A DNA stretch of 64,000 bases, taken from a virus. How positions within the stretch are numbered: the first letter of the stretch is position 1; each line of letters starts with the position of its first letter. The stretch is taken from the IMG/VR virus record IMGVR_UViG_3300046168_000070, positions 129,845 through 193,844 of that record; one strand, written 5' to 3'. The translations under genes were made by a program, and so were the position numbers. Positions 39,338 to 48,362 of the stretch are shown here, piece after piece. The notes beneath the pieces are model-generated. The model saw only the letters and a program-made list of their open reading frames with translations. It searched no databases and had not been told where the DNA came from.

Positions 39338-42300
39338 ATGAGTATCCAAAGGGCAATATTCATCAAGCTATCTGGGGCCGAGCCTTATGAAGGTGGAGAC
39401 TGGAATGAATACCATGAATCGCCTGTATTTATAGACACCAGTAAAACTGGTATAATTATTAGAGATGATTTCAATGTCAGTGGAGATGCATATTTTGATG
39501 CAGGATCATATTTTAGCGGGCATTTATATCAGCATGAAGATTATAATTCTTACCTATCTGGCAAGCTTTATGTAAACAAAACTGGTTACGTTTCGGGGGA
39601 CTTGAATGTATTAAGAAACTTAGATGTTTCTGGAGGCTTGGATGTATTGGGTGAGGTTTCTATTACTGGAGCTACTAGAATTGAGAATGATTTAAACGTA
39701 AGTGGTGATCTTGATATCACTGGGGATTCTTATTTACAGAGCAATTTATATTTAAATAAAACAGGCTACATCACTGGCGACTTAAATATATTAGAAAAAC
39801 TTCATGTATCTGGCGAGGGTAATTTTTATTCTGCCCCTAAGGTACATGATGATTTTTACGTAAGCGGAGACTCTATTTTATCGGGCAGTAAATACATTAG
39901 CGGACAATTAAATGTTTTAAATAAGGCTCATATATCTGGAGATTTAGTTGTAGAACAAACTGGGTATATTGAAAAAGATTTGTTCGTTGGAGGAGATTTA
40001 TTTGTTTCTGGTGAGAGAACTATCGTTAATACTTCTGAATTAGTTATAGAAGATAAGAATATACAGTTAGCCTGGTCTTCGGGGGATATAGGCAAATTTT
40101 CAAGAACTCAGTTAGATGGAGCAGGCATAACTATAGTTGCTACTGGAATTGATGGGGCGACTGAAGATATTTTATTCACTTATAATGAAGATTATGATGC
40201 TTTAGATAGTAATATAAATGTATTCATAGACAAAGATTTATTTGTAGAAAAAACAGGTCATCTAAATAATTTAATATCTTCTGGATATGCCTTATTTAAA
40301 GAAAATCTAAGGTTAGAGCAAACTGGTTATTTTGAAAATGATGTTTTTCTATCAACTGGTTATGCTAAAGATATTGTTGTTTCTGGTACAGGTCATAATC
40401 AAGAGTTAATTGTTAGCGGCAATTCTACATTTAGAGATGATGTATTTCTGGAGACAACAGGGTATGTCAGTGGAGATTTAGAGGTCACGGGAGATATTAG
40501 AGTGACTGGAGATGTTTATATTAGTGGTAATTTAGAGTTCAATCATGTGACTGTACCAGGTAATTTTTATGTAAAAGATAAATTATATACAGAAGGTGGA
40601 GTAGTCTCTTCGGGAGATTTTATATTATCTAAAACTGGTTATGTTACTGGAGATTTTAATGTTCAAGACATACTAAGAGTTTCTGGTTCTGGTGACATAC
40701 AAGAGCTTTTTGTAAATACAGGAAAAATTAATGACTTAGAGGTTTCTGGCGATGTTGATTTACAAGACATTGTAAAGATACACAGAACTGGATACGTAGG
40801 CGAATTACTAGAAGTTAGTGGAGCTTCTATACTTAAAGATAATTTGTATGTAGAAAAAACTGGATACATTGATGGAGATATTGATATTTCTGGAACAGGT
40901 TATATTACTGGGGATTTAAATGTAACGGGTGATGTAAGAATCACAGGCGATGTAACTGTGGGGGGTACGTTTATTCCGCTTACTCACCAAAGTGTTCCTG
41001 GTGATTTTTATGTTGGTGATAAATTTTATGCTAAAAATGCTATCACCTCATCTGGCTACTTACTCTCTGAAGGTCAAATAACGGGGCAGCAAGGTTTAGT
41101 TGTCAGTGGATATAGTTATCTTTCAAATGTTGATTTAACTGGTGATTTAAATATTAGTGGAAGCGTAGATGTAACTGGAGATATAAGCTCCTCTGGAGAT
41201 ATAAAACATGTCGGTAATCTAGAATTATTAGGCGATGTAAATATTAGCGGAAATATAGAAGAAACTGGGAATACTAATAAAACTGGAATAACTAACCATA
41301 AGGGAGATTTTAATTTAGATGGAAATCTGGATATTACAGGAGATCTTTTTGTAAATGGAGATATATATAATACTGGAAATAATTTTATATTAGACACTAC
41401 AACATTAAGAGTTTACGATAAAAATATTGAATTAGCTACTGGTAGTGGTTATATAGGATTAAGGAGAAATGAGTTAGAAGGCGCAGGCATTACAATTAAA
41501 GCTTCTGGAGAAAATAATGATATTACATTATTATATAAAAATTCTGATGTAGCATTACATTCTAATGTATCTTTATTGACTTCAGGAAACCTAACATCAA
41601 GTAAAACAGGCTATATAGTAGGCGATCTAAATATAGGTAGAAATTTAGATGTTTCAGGTGATTCAAATTTAGAAAAAGATTTGTTTTTAGATCAAACAGG
41701 TTATATTTTAGGCGACCTTAATGTACTTAAAGACCTCGACATTTCTGGTAATGTAGACATTTCTGGACAGACTACAATTACTGGAAAAACATTTTTACGT
41801 AGTGATACTCAATTAGATCAAACAGGTTATATACTTGGCGATCTTAATATACTCAAAGATCTTGACGTTTCTGGTAATGTAGATATCTCAGGACAAACTA
41901 CGATCACTGGAGCAACTAGGATCGAGGATAAACTTGATGTCAGCGGTACTCTTGATGTCACTGGAAAAACATTTTTACGTAGTGATACTCAATTAGATCA
42001 AACAGGTTATATACTTGGCGATCTCAATATACTCAAAGATCTTGACGTTTCTGGTAATGTAGATATCTCAGGACAAACTACGATCACTGGAGCAACTAGG
42101 ATCGAGGATAAACTTGATGTCAGCGGTACTCTTGATGTCACTGGAAAAACATTTTTACGTAGTGATACTCAATTAGATCAAACAGGTTATATACTTGGCG
42201 ATCTCAATATACTCAAAGATCTTGACGTTTCTGGTAATGTAGATATCTCAGGACAAACTACGATCACTGGAGCAACTAGGATCGAGGATAAACTTGATGT

Positions 42301-43513
42301 CAGCGGTACTCTTGATGTCACTGGAAAAACATTTTTACGTAGTGATACTCAATTAGATCAAACAGGTTATATACTTGGCGATCTCAATATACTCAAAGAT
42401 CTTGACGTTTCTGGTAATGTAGATATCTCAGGACAAACTACGATCACTGGAGCAACTAGGATCGAGGATAAACTTGATGTCAGCGGTACTCTTGATGTCA
42501 CTGGAGAAACATTTTTACGTAGTGATACTCAATTAGATCAAACAGGTTATATACTTGGCGATCTCAATATACTCAAAGATCTTGACGTTTCTGGTAATGT
42601 AGATATCTCAGGACAAACTACGATCACTGGAGCAACTAGGATCGAGGATAAACTTGATGTCAGCGGTACTCTTGATGTCACTGGAAAAACATTTTTACGT
42701 AGTGATACTCAATTAGATCAAACAGGTTATATACTTGGCGATCTTAATATACTCAAAGATCTTGACGTTTCTGGTAATGTAGATATCTCAGGACAAACTA
42801 CGATCACTGGAGCAACTAGGATCGAGGATAAACTTGATGTCAGCGGTACTCTTGATGTCACTGGAAAAACATTTTTACGTAGTGATACTCAATTAGATCA
42901 AACAGGTTATATACTTGGCGATCTCAATATACTCAAAGATCTTGACGTTTCTGGTAATGTAGATATCTCAGGACAAACTACGATCACTGGAGCAACTAGA
43001 ATCGAGGATAAACTTGATGTTAGCGGTACTCTTGATGTCACTGGAGAAACATTTTTACAAAGCGATCTCTACGTTGGTCAAACTGGCTATATAACTGGAG
43101 ACTTAAATGTCAGTGGCGCTGGTAGATATGGAGATGATGTCTTACTGGAAAATAGTCAAAGCGGGCTCGCTATAGCAGCAATAAACGGAGTCGGCACAGG
43201 TATAAGGATTAATGATTGGATTATTGAGCACGATATCATACAGCCAGATACTGTTAATAAATCATTTAGCGAATTATTGGTAAATGGTCCAAACGCTAGT
43301 GATATTATATCAATGAATGCAAGCGTATATAGAAATGCAGATAGTATAGCGTATTCTGTTTACTCTGTAGCTAATCCTTCTCAGTCTCCTGATGGCCCAG
43401 GATACAATTTTGAGATATCTTATAGTGGTACAACTGTTAAAGTAGTGGATCTAGACGATGCTTTAGAAATATCTGATAAAGTTTATGTAGATATAAAATA
43501 TAAAGTTATTTAG
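39338..43513 (+). CDS. Long tail fibre shaft protein (1391 aa) with 60-aa tandem repeats
   Basis: Continuous 6/12-aa GDL.VSG beta repeats, two EDKNI(Q/E)LA modules, 180-bp repeats. Confidence 0.75.
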   Translation: MSIQRAIFIKLSGAEPYEGGDWNEYHESPVFIDTSKTGIIIRDDFNVSGDAYFDAGSYFSGHLYQHEDYNSYLSGKLYVNKTGYVSGDLNVLRNLDVSGGLDVLGEVSITGATRIENDLNVSGDLDITGDSYLQSNLYLNKTGYITGDLNILEKLHVSGEGNFYSAPKVHDDFYVSGDSILSGSKYISGQLNVLNKAHISGDLVVEQTGYIEKDLFVGGDLFVSGERTIVNTSELVIEDKNIQLAWSSGDIGKFSRTQLDGAGITIVATGIDGATEDILFTYNEDYDALDSNINVFIDKDLFVEKTGHLNNLISSGYALFKENLRLEQTGYFENDVFLSTGYAKDIVVSGTGHNQELIVSGNSTFRDDVFLETTGYVSGDLEVTGDIRVTGDVYISGNLEFNHVTVPGNFYVKDKLYTEGGVVSSGDFILSKTGYVTGDFNVQDILRVSGSGDIQELFVNTGKINDLEVSGDVDLQDIVKIHRTGYVGELLEVSGASILKDNLYVEKTGYIDGDIDISGTGYITGDLNVTGDVRITGDVTVGGTFIPLTHQSVPGDFYVGDKFYAKNAITSSGYLLSEGQITGQQGLVVSGYSYLSNVDLTGDLNISGSVDVTGDISSSGDIKHVGNLELLGDVNISGNIEETGNTNKTGITNHKGDFNLDGNLDITGDLFVNGDIYNTGNNFILDTTTLRVYDKNIELATGSGYIGLRRNELEGAGITIKASGENNDITLLYKNSDVALHSNVSLLTSGNLTSSKTGYIVGDLNIGRNLDVSGDSNLEKDLFLDQTGYILGDLNVLKDLDISGNVDISGQTTITGKTFLRSDTQLDQTGYILGDLNILKDLDVSGNVDISGQTTITGATRIEDKLDVSGTLDVTGKTFLRSDTQLDQTGYILGDLNILKDLDVSGNVDISGQTTITGATRIEDKLDVSGTLDVTGKTFLRSDTQLDQTGYILGDLNILKDLDVSGNVDISGQTTITGATRIEDKLDVSGTLDVTGKTFLRSDTQLDQTGYILGDLNILKDLDVSGNVDISGQTTITGATRIEDKLDVSGTLDVTGETFLRSDTQLDQTGYILGDLNILKDLDVSGNVDISGQTTITGATRIEDKLDVSGTLDVTGKTFLRSDTQLDQTGYILGDLNILKDLDVSGNVDISGQTTITGATRIEDKLDVSGTLDVTGKTFLRSDTQLDQTGYILGDLNILKDLDVSGNVDISGQTTITGATRIEDKLDVSGTLDVTGETFLQSDLYVGQTGYITGDLNVSGAGRYGDDVLLENSQSGLAIAAINGVGTGIRINDWIIEHDIIQPDTVNKSFSELLVNGPNASDIISMNASVYRNADSIAYSVYSVANPSQSPDGPGYNFEISYSGTTVKVVDLDDALEISDKVYVDIKYKVI
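41780..43039 (+). repeat. 180-bp (60-aa) near-perfect tandem repeat, 7 copies
   Basis: TGKTFLRSDTQLDQTGYILGDLNILKDLDVSGNVDISGQTTITGATRIEDKLDVSGTLDV every 180 bp from 41780. Confidence 0.95.
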
Positions 43514-43887
43514 AAATCAATTTTAAAGTTTTTAGTATCTATTGTTTTTTTATCTAAGTGATGTTTTGTGCCGTTTCGTTTTTTTGCATAATCCTTGAAG
43601 TATTTCTGCTTAACTGGATCAACTCCTCCGTTTTGATCTGCTCTTTTTGCTGAAAGTTCTGCACTAGCATCCATCATATCTCCGATAGTGCCTTTTTTGT
43701 TTTTTGTTTTATTTACAAAATCATTATTGTCCCAAGGGTTTATGGGTGCCTCAGTATTTAAGTTCGGAGAGTGGTATACTCGCTGCCATTTAACGCCGTC
43801 AATTTCTAACATTTTTTCTTCGTCCATATGAAAAAAGGCTTCTTTGTACTTTTCTTTTTTAGGGTGCTTGAATAAGTAAATGGGCAT
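43510..43887 (-). CDS. Hypothetical protein, FmdB-like N-terminus lacking the zinc-ribbon cysteines
   Basis: MPIYLFKHP start resembles MPxYxYxC of FmdB-type proteins, but no Cys is present. Confidence 0.5.
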   Translation of the reverse strand: MPIYLFKHPKKEKYKEAFFHMDEEKMLEIDGVKWQRVYHSPNLNTEAPINPWDNNDFVNKTKNKKGTIGDMMDASAELSAKRADQNGGVDPVKQKYFKDYAKKRNGTKHHLDKKTIDTKNFKIDF

Positions 43888-44963
43888 TACATTATAGAAT
43901 TAAGTAAAATGTCAACTGTATTTGAGTATGTAAATTTATTCGCTGTATCTAAGCCCTTTTCATTTTTTTGTTTAGCAAGCGACTCAGCCTTCTCGAAAGC
44001 TTCATTTATAGCATCCTGTTCAAAAAGATTTATTGAGCCTTGATTATATGGGGCTCCTTTGTTAAAGAATTGCCCATCATGAGCGAGAGCTTTATTGGAC
44101 GGCTCGACAATAATTGCGTTTTCTGAGTTAGCCCAATCCTTGTGACTAGTGTGATTTAAAACTAAACTCCACTTTCCTAGACATGTAGAATTAAACGCAG
44201 GAAGATTCCATCCTTCTGCTCCACTCATCCCTGATAAATCTACATCAATTGCATTGAGGAAATCATTAACTTCTGAATTAGTTTTTAATCTAGGTAAAAA
44301 AGAAATGTTTGAAAAAGTTTTCCCGCCAAAAAGAATATTCAATCTTTGATTAAGTTCGCCCTTCTTGAAGAATGGATTTTCGATTACACAAGTTAGTCTG
44401 AATTTATTATTATCTCCATATTTATCTGCCCAAGCTTTCAATATTAAATCGTGATTTTTTCTTTTTTCATATTTACCCATTAATCCAAAATGAATTATAT
44501 CATCAGATAGATATTGTTTATCTGTTACGCAAAAGTCTTCATCGAAGCCCATTGGGCAAAAAGATATGTTTTTACATGAATCTTTAAAACAATCAACAGC
44601 GTGAGAAGAACTAAAAAACACATGGTCTTGAAAATTTACCAAGGTTTTTTCTTGCTCTGTAGGCTCATCTGTTTCATAAAAAGTTAATAAATTTTGATTT
44701 TTGGAGATTCTGTTTTCAGAGCCGTTAATATGCCAAAGTGATAATGTAGGTAAATCTTTATCTAGCTTTGAGTATCTATTATTAATGGACTCCTGCACCC
44801 AATTTTTAAGTTCCTCCTCCATTTTATCGAAAGCAGAGATATCTACATTACCATGCGGGAATATTTTAGTATCAATATTTTTTTTATGCAATTGCCTTAT
44901 TATATTGTAGGCTACATTTCCAAATGAAAGTGAATTAATTGGGCATTTTAAAATTAAACTCAT
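43887..44963 (-). CDS. Glycosyltransferase (GT-B fold, GT4-like)
   Basis: KYEKRKNHDLILKAW and SGAEGWNLPAFNSTCLGK (E-G-x-x-L-P nucleotide-sugar-binding motif). Confidence 0.8.
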   Translation of the reverse strand: MSLILKCPINSLSFGNVAYNIIRQLHKKNIDTKIFPHGNVDISAFDKMEEELKNWVQESINNRYSKLDKDLPTLSLWHINGSENRISKNQNLLTFYETDEPTEQEKTLVNFQDHVFFSSSHAVDCFKDSCKNISFCPMGFDEDFCVTDKQYLSDDIIHFGLMGKYEKRKNHDLILKAWADKYGDNNKFRLTCVIENPFFKKGELNQRLNILFGGKTFSNISFLPRLKTNSEVNDFLNAIDVDLSGMSGAEGWNLPAFNSTCLGKWSLVLNHTSHKDWANSENAIIVEPSNKALAHDGQFFNKGAPYNQGSINLFEQDAINEAFEKAESLAKQKNEKGLDTANKFTYSNTVDILLNSIM

Positions 44964-44991
44964 ATTTATTATAAACTATCTATTACATTAT

Positions 44992-45339
44992 TCAATAGCT
45001 TTTTTTATGTAAATGACCTTTTGCTAACATAATTTCATTTATGCTATTATTTTTATTTTTATCTGTATAGAGAATTCCAAGGACTCTGCCAAATTTACCA
45101 CAGCCAAAAGATTCTAGGTAAATTTCATTATTCAATGAAATGATATTTTTTAAAAAATCTTTAGATTTTAAACCTAGCTCTTTTTCTTCTTTATTCCTAG
45201 TTCTTGTTTCTGGTGCATTCACTCCAAAAAAGCGAATTCTTTTTTCTACGAAAGTATTAAATCCTAGGTCTATTACCGCATCTACAGTGTCTCCGTCAAG
45301 AACTTTAATTATTGATTTTATTTTATAGTAATACATCAA
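44992..45339 (-). CDS. Thermonuclease (SNase-like) family nuclease
   Basis: KVLDGDTV, RIRFFGVNAPE, GKFGRVLG catalytic motifs. Confidence 0.88.
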   Translation of the reverse strand: MMYYYKIKSIIKVLDGDTVDAVIDLGFNTFVEKRIRFFGVNAPETRTRNKEEKELGLKSKDFLKNIISLNNEIYLESFGCGKFGRVLGILYTDKNKNNSINEIMLAKGHLHKKSY

Positions 45340-45749
45340 AAAGGTATATCTTCCATTTGAGCATAATCTTCTGCGTCATCTTCAATAAATACTGATTCAT
45401 CTTTAGGTTTTTCTACTTTTAATGTACTAGGTTTAGCTTGTGTATTGTCAGCTAATTCGTATTTAAGTAATTTTATATAATCTACTAAGCAGTATAATCT
45501 TGAGCGAGTTTGATTATCTTTAGTTTTCCAAGAGTTGTATCTCATTTTACCATCAATTAATACAGGCTTACCTTTCTTGAGTTGAGGAAAGCAGTATTCC
45601 GCTTTCTTGCCCCAAACTTCAGCATCTATATATGTAACGGTATCCATTTCGTTAACCGCAAGAGTAAAATTTACTACTAACATATCATTTTTAACTTTCT
45701 TAGCTACGGCATCTTTTGTCAAATTACCCATTCCTGTATATCTATTCAT
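45336..45749 (-). CDS. ssb: Single-stranded DNA-binding protein
   Basis: GNLTKD...LKKGKPVLIDGKMR..SW OB-fold motifs and acidic C-terminal tail EDIPF. Confidence 0.9.
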   Translation of the reverse strand: MNRYTGMGNLTKDAVAKKVKNDMLVVNFTLAVNEMDTVTYIDAEVWGKKAEYCFPQLKKGKPVLIDGKMRYNSWKTKDNQTRSRLYCLVDYIKLLKYELADNTQAKPSTLKVEKPKDESVFIEDDAEDYAQMEDIPF

Positions 45750-46338
45750 TTACTTTTACTATTCTCCTTAATTCTTTAATTGTTTTTTTATGAAGGTTAA
45801 TGCAACCTTGTATTGACATTCCTATTTCTTTATGTATCAATCGCCATGGTTTTATTTTATTATCTTTATAGGAAAAGTATCTTAGATCAAAAATTTTCTT
45901 AACTCTTTGATCTTTATGATTTTCTAAGTATTCATTAATTCTTTTAAATAACTCCTTGCTATCAGATTTAATTATATTTGACACATGCTCTTCTTCGCTC
46001 AAGAATGAAATCCAATCTAATTTCATTTCTTCACAATTTACTTCAGGTTTCTTTTTGTTTTTGTTGTATGTGTTTAAGCATAAATATTTAGCTTGATTAC
46101 CTAAGTGTGTTACAAATTTTACGTTTTTTGAGAAATCGAAACTCTTAATAGCTTTATAAATTTGATAGTTTTTTTCCGAAAGTAAATCATCCCTGTTTGA
46201 GTATTCACTATTCTCTGGTACGTAATGCTTAACCATTTCTATAAAGATTCCAGAGTGCTTATCTATTATTTTAGATAGGTTTGATTCTACGTTTTTCTCT
46301 TCTTGTATTTCTTTAATAACTGAATCTTCTTCAATCAT
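45742..46338 (-). CDS. Phage-encoded sigma-70-family sigma factor
   Basis: Region-2-like IKSFDFSKNVKFVTHL and region-4-like KIFDLRY...WRLIHKEIGMSIQGCINLHKKTIKEL. Confidence 0.78.
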   Translation of the reverse strand: MIEEDSVIKEIQEEKNVESNLSKIIDKHSGIFIEMVKHYVPENSEYSNRDDLLSEKNYQIYKAIKSFDFSKNVKFVTHLGNQAKYLCLNTYNKNKKKPEVNCEEMKLDWISFLSEEEHVSNIIKSDSKELFKRINEYLENHKDQRVKKIFDLRYFSYKDNKIKPWRLIHKEIGMSIQGCINLHKKTIKELRRIVKVNE

Positions 46339-46862
46339 AATCCTGTACTACCAAAACCCCCCATGTTTCTTTCTGTTTTTTTCTTATTATCATTCATACC
46401 TTCAATTTTTATTAAATTATGTTTCGAGAATATTACTTGCCCTATCTTGTCGCCCTTTTGGTATATTTTTTCTTCGTTTATACTTGTTAAACTAACTAAA
46501 ACACCATCATCATTTTTTATTGTATGAATGTCTTCTGGTTGATATATGTATTTAAATCTTAATTTAATTGAGTCTCTATAACCAGAGTCTATTACTCCAA
46601 CACTATTACATAATAATAGATTATACCTACTGACACTAGACCTAGGGAATACATTGGCGTAGAACTCATACTCTCCCCATGCATCTTGAAAGTCAAATTC
46701 TACTGCAGTATCATATTCTATATAAGATATGCTTTTATATAGATTTGCCATCCATAGGTCTCCTGTTATTTTAGGTTGGCTCGCTGCGATTATATCATAT
46801 CCAGCATCTCCATGATTTTGGGGAGCTACAATATTGTGAGAATTGTTGATTTTAAGATTCAT
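46335..46862 (-). CDS. dut: Trimeric dUTPase
   Basis: GDAGYDI, PRSS, GVIDSGYR, GDKIGQ, RNMGGFGSTG motifs 1-5. Confidence 0.95.
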   Translation of the reverse strand: MNLKINNSHNIVAPQNHGDAGYDIIAASQPKITGDLWMANLYKSISYIEYDTAVEFDFQDAWGEYEFYANVFPRSSVSRYNLLLCNSVGVIDSGYRDSIKLRFKYIYQPEDIHTIKNDDGVLVSLTSINEEKIYQKGDKIGQVIFSKHNLIKIEGMNDNKKKTERNMGGFGSTGL

Positions 46863-47169
46863 TTTGAATTTGATTTATGATTTGGTCAAGATCCTTAGAT
46901 AGATCATGAAGACCTGCGTTTGATAAAATTTTAGGAGAATAACAAAATGAACATATATCCATATTTTGATCACTTTTTGAAAATTCTGATAAATTTGTAA
47001 CCATAATTGTTGGAGATATTTTCATGTCCAAATCTTTATTATATATTTCAGTTACAGCTTTAGTTGCAGCCTCCACTTCACTTTCTGACTTAACTACAGA
47101 CTCCCAGTTTGCCGAACTTACTAAATATAGTTTTTTGCGTTTTTCTTTTTCTGAATTTCTAAATGTCAT
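46852..47169 (-). CDS. Hypothetical protein (start revised to ATG 47169)
   Basis: The track start at 47199 lies in a -35 box; ATG 47169 follows the -10 box. Confidence 0.6.
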   Translation of the reverse strand: MTFRNSEKEKRKKLYLVSSANWESVVKSESEVEAATKAVTEIYNKDLDMKISPTIMVTNLSEFSKSDQNMDICSFCYSPKILSNAGLHDLSKDLDQIINQIQNES

Positions 47170-47175
47170 GATTAA

Positions 47176-47204
47176 ATCATATACGAAAATTAACTCCAAG
47201 TCAA
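47176..47204 (-). promoter_or_regulatory. Sigma70-type promoter for the leftward dut-sigma-ssb-GT operon
   Basis: TTGACT (47204-47199), 17-nt spacer, TATGAT (47181-47176). Confidence 0.75.
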
Positions 47205-47360
47205 TACTAAATAATTTTATATATATTGGTTATTCGAAGTTATGCAATACAATATATTATTTATATTATATACTACGGTATAGATTATATATAGTCATTA
47301 TAAAAAATCAAGAAAAAAAATAAATTTGAAAAAATAATAAAGAATTACAAAATATATTGT

Positions 47361-48263
47361 ATGAACTACAAAAGATTATCCTCGCAGAATCACCCAATAG
47401 ACATTTCATTTCAAACAGTTAAAACAGTATATTCGAGCAATAATACTCCTAAAATAGAAATTTTAAAAATCAAAGATAATGGTTTATGCTTGACAATGGA
47501 AGACGATATTCAATTCTTGGAATCTCAGCATGAAACTTACCACGAAGTTTTTGCTCACACACCTTGCAGGTATTCGGAAAAGATCGAAGACATACTAATT
47601 CTTGGAGGTGGAGATGGAGGGGTCGCTACAGAAATATTAAAATACCCATCAGTTCAAACGATTACCATTGTAGACTTATCGAAAGATGTGGTCGATTTAT
47701 GCTTGAAATATTTTCCTGAAATTTCAAATGGCTTACTAGATTCCAGAACGGAAATAATTTACGATAATGCTTGTTCATGGATTAAGGATCAAAAAAAACA
47801 ATATGACTTAATTTATATAGATACGACGGATTTTAACTTTAAGCACGAAAATGAAAATACAATACTAGATCCGTCTTGTGCTGAGTCAAAGAAGATGAAC
47901 TTAAGAGATTCCAATAATGTATTCAGCTGTATTAAAAACTTAAAAGAGAACGGTGTATTGACATTCAATCATGATTTCTGTGGTCTGGATGCTCACTCAA
48001 TTTATGTAAAAGAAAACTTCCTCAGGCAAAAGTTTAAAGACACGTTACCATTTACCTCAAATATACCATACTTCCCAGGGAACCAATACTGCTTCATAAT
48101 GTGCAGTTTAAAAGAACTCAAAAAATTCAACCAATTAGATTTTTCAATAAACGACATAGATACAAGGATTTATAATCGAAATTCGCATCTAGCATCTCTT
48201 TTCATTAGTAAAGAGTACGAAGATTTATTCCCTGGCTTACAGATGAATATAGAAAAATGTTAA
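47361..48263 (+). CDS. speE: Spermidine synthase (polyamine aminopropyltransferase)
   Basis: YHEVFAH, ILILGGGDGGVATEILKYP, TIVDL, YDLIYIDTTD motifs. Confidence 0.88.
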   Translation: MNYKRLSSQNHPIDISFQTVKTVYSSNNTPKIEILKIKDNGLCLTMEDDIQFLESQHETYHEVFAHTPCRYSEKIEDILILGGGDGGVATEILKYPSVQTITIVDLSKDVVDLCLKYFPEISNGLLDSRTEIIYDNACSWIKDQKKQYDLIYIDTTDFNFKHENENTILDPSCAESKKMNLRDSNNVFSCIKNLKENGVLTFNHDFCGLDAHSIYVKENFLRQKFKDTLPFTSNIPYFPGNQYCFIMCSLKELKKFNQLDFSINDIDTRIYNRNSHLASLFISKEYEDLFPGLQMNIEKC

Positions 48264-48282
48264 CAACTTCTTAACTTATTTA

Positions 48283-48311
48283 TTGACTTAAGCAGAATTA
48301 GCTGTTAGAAT
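48283..48311 (+). promoter_or_regulatory. Sigma70-type promoter (extended -10) upstream of nrdA
   Basis: TTGACT, 17-nt spacer, TGn-TAGAAT. Confidence 0.75.
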
Positions 48312-48346
48312 TATTTCTAATTTGAAAAGAAAAATCGAAAACAATC

Positions 48347-48352
48347 GTGTAA
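48347..48352 (+). promoter_or_regulatory. GTGTAA motif
   Basis: 10 nt before the nrdA ATG. Confidence 0.55.
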
Positions 48353-48362
48353 AATAATATTC

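Noticed and set aside
21916-43039. Tandem repeats as CRISPR arrays
   Set aside because: No unique spacers; all units are in-frame coding repeats with lengths divisible by 3.
47200-47360. AT-rich divergent gap as a replication origin or skew switch
   Set aside because: The apparent G-rich to C-rich change is confounded by Gly-rich proteins, and no iterons were seen; needs a cumulative GC3-skew computation.
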